64,000 nt of DNA from Octopus vulgaris (lineage: Eukaryota), in the NCBI GenBank assembly GCA_951406725.2, contig OX597831.1, forward strand, positions 434,001 to 498,000, written 5' to 3'. Each line of letters opens with the position of its first letter. Position 1 is the first letter of the stretch. Below, piece by piece: positions 54,501 through 64,000 of this stretch. The position numbers and the translations under genes were made by a program. The notes under the pieces were generated by a model. The model was given only the letters and a program-made list of their open reading frames with translations, was not told the origin of the DNA and ran no database searches.

Positions 54501-56897
54501 ATACTATAAACACAGACTGACATGATCTTTATGAAATGCCAAGGAAGGACAAGAAGGAATGTATAGAAAGGTAATCTGTAGACATTAGCTTACACAACTA
54601 ATATACACTAAATATTCTTAATAGTCACACTACCTCATTGTTTTCCATAGTAAGATTGAGGGAGGGAAATCGCAAAAGTAAACAATCTCTCCTTAAACAA
54701 GTTCTCACAGGAAAACCAACACAACACTGGAACCTACCAATCTTGCCATGGTTTAACCCCAGGTTGACCTATGACAAAAGGTGTTCTATCACCATATATC
54801 CCACCATTGCCAACAGAAGGTTTACTCAGAACAAACATTATCCAACGTCTTTATTGCAGATGGCAGGGTGCTATTTCTAGCAGGCTGAGTGACCATGTAA
54901 AGGATGGGGTGGGGACTTCATGGTGTTGGTTTTCTCCCCAATCTGTGAATGTTTAACTTTGAAGTGATTATTCATTTAACTTTTAATCTGATGAATCCAT
55001 ATAGCAATGTGAAAAGATCCAAAGAGAATATTTGCTCGGGGTCTTACAATAGGTTAACACTTCAGCAGTCAGATTACTGTCAAATGAAATGCTTATCTTT
55101 TCACATTGCTTTGAATTAATCATGCATTATCTCATAGCTTTAAGGTTTCAATGATGTGATTGTTTACCATACATTGTAGGGTAAATGTAAGAGGCTGGAT
55201 CTGGCCACTTTGAACATTAAATGGAAAATATTTAGGCCAGAATGGGTTGTTTAAATGCTAAAGAATACACTTCATTTGTTTAAGACTTCTAACACTATAC
55301 TATATACAATCCCTAGAACCCTATACCATATAATCTCTAAAACCCTATGTCATGTAGTCACTAAAACCCTATACTAAGATCTCTACTATCCTTCACTACA
55401 TCTAAGATTCTTTCAGCAAGTAGATTTAAGATCACCATAGCCTGTTAGTTTAGCATCTGTTTTACCATGTGAGCATGGGTTTGGATGGGAGTTATTTGAA
55501 GCAGAACTCCTTGTCAGTAACCCATAACTTGTTTTTTTCAAGCAATAGATTCCTTTATTCTACAGGTCTTTGAAAGAACCACTGCCAATTTGATCAAGGT
55601 GACAAGTATGGAATACAAATGTTCATGCACCCCTCCTCCTGCCAACATATATATATATACACAAGGTTAACCTGGGGTTAAAGAAACAGATCTAACACAC
55701 AGGAGGCTAGCTACATGTCTCATAACTAAGTTTTAGATGTAAACATGCTCAAATAGCCATGTGATTTTCAATAGTTAAAGACAAAAATTGAGTTAATCCA
55801 TCCATGAACCAGTAGGGCAACAGCTTTGATGCTGGGTCACAGTAACAATAACCCTTTTGATGCCAACCCACCTTTGTTTCTATGATACAATCTTTCTGTT
55901 TAAAGTGATCTGAATTAAAACCTACCAAAATTTCATGTTGATTTTATGTTTTCATAAGGGTTCCAAATTTTGGCACAAGGCCAGCAAGTTTGGGAGAAGG
56001 GCTAAACTGATTACATCGACCTTATTGCTCAGCTGGTACTTACTTTATTGACCCTGAAAGGATGAGAGGCAAGGTTGGCCTTGGTGGAATTTGAACATAG
56101 AATGTGAAGACGGATGAAATACTACCAAGCATTTTTGCCTGGTGTGCTGACGACCCTGCCAGCTTGCTGCCTTGTTCTAAATACAAACCAAATAATGACA
56201 GTTATTTTACTAAATCCTTCACTATTTTCAAAATTATCTGAAGTAAAGGCAGTGTATTTCAATGGAAATATGATAACAAAACGGTTAAGTACAGGACAGA
56301 AATTTACAACAGAGCCGACTACAAAAGCTATACCATCACCATCCCAAAAGATGAGGAGGCAAGCAAACAGATGACATGATTACAGACGAAACATCTTTGA
56401 TAAGATATTTGCTCAAACTCAGATGATCGGCTGGAAACTGCAGCCAAACTTTCTGCAAATTACATCATATTGTCAAGAAAGAATAGTTTGAGATATACTG
56501 TCTGGATAAAAGAAAAGAAAAGAAATTGCTCCCTGACTTAGGACTAAACAATAACAACTGAAGTGAGCAAGATTATTTCCTGGAAAAAACAAAAACACTT
56601 AAAAAAACTGATGTCTATAACTGAAGAGTAAATGGGATGAAGATCTAATCTCTAATATTTCTACTGAACATTTGAGAGCTCAACAGTTCAACAAAGGAGT
56701 CTCTATATGGTTGTCCAACCCAACAGAAATAGCAGCCAACTTACTTATAAAAGTGATACTAAATAAGTACACATTAGATAGTGAACTCCTATGAAGCATC
56801 TACAAGATAAATTGCCTTTTCACACTATTCTGATACCAACCTACCTGAGACTGTGCCTAATTCTACAATACAAAAGAAACTAATCTGTTTGCTGCAA

Positions 56898-57086
56898 ATC
56901 ATCATCATCATCATCATCATCATTTAGCGTCCGTTTTCCATGCTAGCATGGGTTGGACGGTTCAACTGGGGTCTGGGGAGCCCGAAGGCTGCACCAGGCC
57001 AGTCAGATCTGGCAGTGTTTCTACAGCTGGATGCCCTTCCTAACGCCAACCACTCCGAGAGTGTAGTACCACTCCGAGAGTGTAGT
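56898..57086 (-). mobile_element. Family C retroelement, 5'-truncated
   Basis: Same tail and body as the other copies. Ends in a 19-bp tandem duplication. Confidence 0.85.
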
Positions 57087-59584
57087 CAAAATAAGTCAAA
57101 ATAATAGAAAAATATCAAATAAACTGTTTTCTAATGTCAAAGTACACACACACACACTGACTGATACTTAAAATGTAAAACCTTCAAAGAAATTTAAAAG
57201 ATAAATTTCATAAAGAACCAAGATGAAGATTGCAGCACAGATATATTTTTTATTACATATGAAAATTGTGGCGGAAAAACTAAATTTCAAACCTAACAGT
57301 TATCTGGTGTCAACTGAAAGTACATATTGCTGGTGTAAAGCAGTGTCCCAGAGAGCAAAGGTAAGCGTTATGATGACCTACTTTTAAATAGCTAGCTGGA
57401 GCTGATTCACATAGTTTCATGTTTTGTGAAGAAGTTGGAGAGAAGCATAAGCGTCTAAAAATCATTAGAGAAATGACATTGTTCACAAATAACCAAGCAG
57501 AAAGTAGAAACATAGATAACATTATTTTTGAGATACAACTAAGATTTGAGGTGACAGCTGAATAAAAGCAATTCACTAATTCTGAGATGAGGAAGTTTTA
57601 TATTATGTATCAGTCAGAATAGTGTCAACTTGATACTGCTATAGGCACAACGTAGTGGATAAAGGTGGTAGTTAATGCAGTGCAATCACCTAGAGGTTCT
57701 GAGTTCAATCCTAGTGCAAGGCACTAAGGTGAATCACAAAGCACCTGAAATAGGCTGGAGTGCACACAACCAAAATATAGTGAAAGCAACAACCATGATG
57801 AGGACACCACTTCAACTAATACATAATAAATGAATAATGACAGGACCAAATACATTACGGTATTCAGTTCCATGATAAAATTTGGTGAAGAGTCAGCTTT
57901 GGTGTGTAGTATCACTGGAGGCTCATTTGTCTCATCCCTCTAGAGACAATAATATAAATTCTAGCTGTTGTTCTTTAAACAAGTCATCCTTGATCATGCA
58001 GGTCTATGCTCAAAGGCATCCTATTTGTAATCATCCAGTCTTTCTTTCAAATCTAACATATTCAGGACTCTACCATACAATGCATTTTTCTCCTCGGTGT
58101 AAATTATGAAGATAATTTGGCTGCTATTCCAGTTGTTAAGTGACCATGTAGAGCTTCCCATCTATATACTATGTCTGATACAATTAACTGCAAAATCTAT
58201 TAAGAAATTATTATCATGATTATTTCTAGGAGCCAGCTGAATTGCTTTCTCTTTCCAGTAACTGCCGTTTAAAATATTGCATTTATTCATGTATAATGCA
58301 AGAAATTTTAGACAAAACAAATGAAGTGGGATTAAGCATTATACCTGAGTGTGTGTATCAGAAAATAGCATATAATACTGATTTTTAGGCTAAAAGGTGA
58401 AGGAAGCAGAGGCACATTATATTCTACATCATTCTGTACTTTAGTAAAAAATCTGGTAAATAATAAAATAATTTTAAGATGTTGTGTGTGTCTAGCTCCA
58501 GAAATTTGTATAATAACAAGTTGCTATTACTATTACTAAGCAAATAGTATCTGTACTTATGGTAGCAACCAGAGAATGTCTAGTTTCAAACCTAAAAACT
58601 GTTCACCACTTAGATAAATGCCAGTAACATCTAAGATAGACACAGTAAACATGTCAGACAACAGAACAATTGAATTACTCCCCTTCATCCCCACAAAACC
58701 CCCCCATTTTGTTGCAGTAGTTAGCAATATCCTATTGTTAATAGGCAACCAAGAGGTTGTTGAGTCACACAATTGGAATTGACAACAGCATCAATATCAA
58801 TAGAATAAGGAACTTTATTGTCTTGGACTAATTAATATATTAGGTTCTAATAAAACACCAAGAAATTAAATATTAGAATGCATCAAGATGTAATAGGAAT
58901 GGTTTGGAGATGTGATAAGCACAATGAAAAGATGCTAGGAGCTCAAGGCAGTAGCAGTAGATAAGAGACAGGAGGTAAATATGACTAACAGTGTTAGTCT
59001 TTGGCTAACAATAACTAAGACAGTCTGGTTGGTTAGTGAAGAGGTGGAGCTACAGATGACGCTCAAAAGATATATGAATATACAAGAAATATACAGATCA
59101 CTTGATACTATACTGTAAAGAAAGAAAACATCAGTTGTTTAGTCCCAGGTCAGTCCCATCATTAACGTGACTACCATATCTTTTTAGGAGAATGTTGGCT
59201 ACATTAAATTATCTGTTGTGTGCTTTCCTTATTTAACTCTCTAGTTACCACAGTTCTATTGAAATAGCCAAAAAAACAACAACTCATTATCAAACTGGTG
59301 CTTGCAACACAAATTAACATGAAGTTTTGATGGAAAGTTTTATTGTAAATCACTTTAAACAGGAGGGTTGTACCGTAGCTGCAAGGGTGGTCTCAGATAG
59401 GCTAAGAGAGAAAGGTGTGTGCAGTGACAATGTAGAAACTCACCCATCATCAGATTTATATGTCCAACTATTTTCCAGTAGATGTAGAAGAGTTCACATC
59501 TTTCATAAAGGTTGACAACACCAATTATTTTTATAAACAAATAACCAAAAATTTTTCTTTTTCTTTTATTTATTAAGTCTGATT

Positions 59585-59876
59585 CATCATCATCATCATC
59601 ATCGTTTAACGTCCGCTTTCCATGCTAGCATGGGTTGGACGGTTCAACTGGGGTCTGGCAAGCCCGAAGGCTGCACCAGGCCAGTCAGATCTGGCAGTGT
59701 TTCTACAGCTGGATGCCCTTCCTAACGCCAACCACTCCGAGAGTGTAGTGGGTGATTTTATGTGCCACCGACACAGGTGCCAGACGAGGCTGGCAGACGG
59801 CCACGCTCGGATGGTGTTTTTTATGTGCCACCGACACAGGTGCCAGACGAGGCTGGCGGACGGCCACGCTCGGATG
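59585..59876 (-). mobile_element. Family C retroelement
   Basis: Near-identical reverse complement of most of 6811-7138, with about 2 tandem units. Confidence 0.88.
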
Positions 59877-62694
59877 CAAATGACAAGGGACAAATTCCAC
59901 AAGATTTAATATATAAAAAAGTATGTATATGCCATTGATGACTTCCTACATCTGCTAACAACACCCGAGAGATATATTTATTCATCGTATACAGTAATTG
60001 TCACAGTGAAATTTGTATAATACACACTAAAATCCAATATATTCTGTTGAGTTTTTCCTTTGATTAAACTGGCCAATATTAATATAAAACAAAAATTTAC
60101 TTTTGCGTCTCTCTTTTTTAATACTTATTCAAGATTCAATTAGATTACATCGGGAAGAAAATTGAAAAAAGCATCTCCATGAATATCTAGGCAATGTTTT
60201 TCATTTTTTCTTTTCTAAAGAAACAGTTATTGTATGTCATTTATACTCAGATGAGCAAATTAATTAAAAAAAAATTCCATAGAAAATTGCTCGTGTTACA
60301 CACATATCACTTCAGACAGCAAAATAGAGATAAATTATGAAGTTACCATCTCATGAGTTACAAGTTCATATCTACTTCAAAGTGGTTCAGCTTTCAGGGC
60401 AAGAAGATTTAAATGCAAATTATGAAAGCCAGAATTATTAAACCCTAACTCTTTACAGATTGCACATTGAGATATTTGCATGCATACTGTTTAGGTGCAG
60501 ATGTAATTATAGGCAGAGGCATAACTATAAGATGAAGAAGCTTGCTTCCCATCCATGTGGTCTCAGGTTCAGTCCCACTGTACTGTGCCTCATACAAGTG
60601 TCTTCTATTATAGGCCCAAAGCCTTGTGAATGGATTTGGTAGATGTCCATCATGTGTATACTACCCTTGTCTTGATATTGTCACCATCATACAAATGATG
60701 CTGTTCATTTCTGGTCTTCCATGAAAGACATATTTGGCTATGGGAAAATATTACCTTGTTTGGAAACAGGAGAGAGTTGGTGACAGGAAGGGCTCCCAGT
60801 CGCAGAAACTCTGTTTTAGATGAATTCTGTTGGACTCATGCAAACATGGAGAAGTGGAAGTTACAATTACTACTGCTACTAATGATAGAATAAAACAAAA
60901 TAAAAGTGACTGTTTAAAGAGGAAAACAAAAAAAGGGAAGAAAATCTAGCCATCTGCCTCTCACTTGCTCTTACCCCAGCAGCACAGAAATAATAGGACT
61001 AAATACCTATAGAGCCTATAAGCTTTAAACTCTGATGACATGGATTCTGATTAGAAAAGACTAACAAGCAAAGATACAATATTTATGTGAACACTTATGA
61101 ATATTATTAGAGTAATCCGGATTATAGAGGTACAAGTTATTAGAGATAAATACAAATCATATCATAAAGTAATAATACATGATTAAACACACACACACAA
61201 AGGAGTTTATAAAAATAGACATTTTTGAAGTATTTTCACAAACACTTGTAATAAACAGTCAGTTTGAAAAAAATCTAAATTACTTACAATTAATTAACTA
61301 GGTTTAAGTCATGTCCCTTTTTGTCAAAAAAAAAAAAAAAAGTAAAGCTAAGCCATTTGATAAAATACATACCTAAGTAATTTAAGTAAAGGGGTTACAA
61401 TGAATAAAATCTTAAAGAATATTAAAACGAAGTCACCTTGAGTGGGTGCTTTGTGTTTCTGAACAATTACTTCTCTATTTTTGAGGAAAACTCACCATCA
61501 TGTATCATCTTAACATTTACAGAAAACAGAAGCATCTACTGGTTCTATTAACTATTATTGGCACCCAAAAGCCTTAAAAGGTATTGAAATCTTGTGTCAT
61601 GAAAAGTACTTGATGTGGTTCTTTGCAGATATATTTTTTAGAATGGCCTTCCTTGTTACAGGTTCTAGAAATGAAGCTAGGAATCTACTTTTATCTTTTA
61701 CTTGTTTCAGTCATTGCACTACAGTCATGCTAGGACACTACTTTGAAGAGTTTAATCAAACAAATTGACCTCAGTACTTACTTTTTGAAGTCTGGTACTT
61801 ATAACAAACACAAACATATTTATATGATGGAATTCCACACACTTTCCATCTACCAAATTTACTCACAAGGCATCGGTTGGCCAGGGCTTATAGTAGAAGA
61901 CACTTGGCTAAGGTACCATGTAGTGGGACTGGACCTGAAACCATGTGGTTGCAAAGCAAACCTCTTAAATTCATTATTTCTTATCGCTTTGCAAATGAAT
62001 GGTAATATATTACATGTAATTTGGATTCCCTGTTCTTGTTTGTTAAGGTTACAGCAGAACTAGTCCCCTTTCTAGAGAAGGCTAAAAGAGGACAAAGTGT
62101 CAAGAGAAAAATCTGAGGTTGCTCAGTCTCTGGTTTGAAAAGCCTAATCTAATCAGTCCCCTATAGAAGTTTACTCAAAAATCCCCATATTTTTTATTAT
62201 TTTCAAAATTGATGGAAACATTCAGATAATGTGCTTCATCAGGAATATGATCAGAAAAAAGAGACTGATTAGCAAAATCATTATAGTATTGGATAGACCA
62301 TCAAATGTTATTTGTCCTGGTGCCTTACACTCAGAGATCAAATCCAGCCAAGGTCAACTTTGCCTTTCATTCTTTTGGGGTTGATAAAAAAAAAAAATCA
62401 CCATGTGCAGGGTGGAAGATTGGAAGAACTGTTACAATGTTGAAAATGCCTTGATATTTTCCCCCCAGCTCTTTCTAATATGACAGCAACATTTGTGCTG
62501 ATACTGATAACAAGCTGCATTGGCCCAAGTTGGTGGCTTTTCGCTTGGAAAGAGTAGACTTGCATGTATGGAGAACTGCCAGTCTTGCTCAAAGTATCTC
62601 GCCCAGGATTGGATATATATGGGCAGATGAATGTTTAGAGTAGTGAAGGAGGTCCTATCCACTTACCTTTCACTCTATACACACATATAGTCTA

Positions 62695-63513
62695 TGTGGC
62701 TGCATGTTAAGAAGTTTGCTTCCCAACCACATGGTTCCAAGTTCAGTCCCATTATATGGCACCTTGGGAAAGAGTTTTCTACTATAGCCTCAGGCTAACC
62801 AAAATCTTGTGAGTGAATTTGGTAGACAGAAACTGAAAGAAGTGCATTGTGTATATACACATATACATATCTGTTTGTGTATCTGTTTACCCCCACCACA
62901 ACTTAGCAACCAGTGTTGGTTTGTTTACATCCCCATAACTTAGCAGTTCAGCAAAAAGAAACCAACAGAATAAGTATTAGGCTTCAAAAAAAAAAAGTAA
63001 GTACTGAAGTTACTTTATTTGACCAAGAAATTCTTCAAGACAGTACTCCACCATGGCAGCAGTCTAATGCCTAAAACAAGTAACAGACAGAAAAGACACA
63101 TACACATTATATATAGGAGTGGTTGTGTAGTAAGAATCTTGGTTCTCGATCACATGGTTCCAGGTTCAATTCCACTGTGTGGCAGCTTGGGCAAGTGTCT
63201 TCAACTATAGCCTTGGGCTGACAAAAGCCATTGTGAGTGGATTTGGTAGACAGAAACTGAAAGTTCATCGTATCGTGTGTATATATATATATATATATAT
63301 ATTTATTTGTGTGTCTGTGTTTGCCCCCACCCCCCACCCCATCGCTTGACACCAATGTTGGTGTGTTTACATCCCTGTAATGTAGCGGTTTGGCTAACGA
63401 GACTGATAGAATAAGTACTATGCTTACAAAAAATAAGTTGTGGGGTTGATTTGTTTGACTAAAGGCAGTGCTCCAGCATGGCTGCAGTTAAATGACTGAA
63501 ACAACTAAAAGAA
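62695..63513 (+). mobile_element. Two adjacent same-orientation family A SINEs (about 62695-63090 and 63116-63513)
   Basis: Two successive head-body-tail units, diverged from each other. Confidence 0.8.
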
Positions 63514-63544
63514 TATATATGTGCATATACGTGTGTGTATCTAT

Positions 63545-63547
<3 letters not shown>

Positions 63548-63584
<37 letters not shown>
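63548..63584. repeat. (TA)n microsatellite
   Basis: Direct reading. Confidence 0.93.
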
Positions 63585-63587
<3 letters not shown>

Positions 63588-64000
63588 GTCACAAAAGCCT
63601 CAGGTTTATAAAGCCAGCAGAGAGTGAAGTGAAAGTTGTTTACAGTTTTGACATGCCTTTCCACAGATTTTAGAGTTGTGTTCCAAATTGAGAAAAAGCT
63701 TTTACATTAGACACAAGACAGCAATACCAACAGAACATAAAATTATATACTTTGAAGCACAAATGATGATTAAAACCAAGACTGATCAAAATTCATATCC
63801 GTGGTACTATCAAGGAGGAATTAAGACAACTAATTAACTTGATTTGCTTCTGTAATCCATCAGCGTAAACACTAAATAAAAAGTGGTATGCAGCAACTCA
63901 ACTAAAAATCTGTAAAAACAATACTATTTATAGAACTTTAGGCTGTACTGTGAGATTTTATATTACTGGAATTTAAATATCTATTCATGATAAAATATTA

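Noticed and set aside
54988-55017. Other CTGATGA...GAAA hammerhead-like matches (also CTGATGA near 1834, 14237, 43594 and 61033)
   Set aside because: No pairable stem II or stem I, or no correctly placed GAAA.

Overview
AT-rich, repeat-dense animal genomic DNA. The SINE, MITE and RTE families resemble those I recall from octopus genomes, so a cephalopod source is inferred, not proven. The only host gene I can support is the 5' part of a SIN3A-like co-repressor on the minus strand. Three GT-AG exons (39788-39695, 12977-12859, 12056-11960) splice in frame to MQRRLDEQ|QQQRPPNPSESYSGLVQTSQRFEPVNNMPSGLQYSVQNYP|VNPSNHHTPHHSHHGVQQTGHLSANVPPSQQQ, resembling the vertebrate SIN3A N-terminus just before PAH1. 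The rest looks intronic and is filled with transposons: a decayed Tc1-type element with DD36E spacing, RTE LINE relics, several modular SINE families, TTAA-flanked MITEs, a probable AcademX relic and microsatellites. Two long fold-back elements stand out, one carrying a Penelope-type minimal hammerhead ribozyme core. Almost all ORFs in the supplied track are spurious. I found no clearly new multi-gene system. The best leads are the hammerhead hairpin, the DD36E transposon and possible regulatory features of the SIN3A 5' region.
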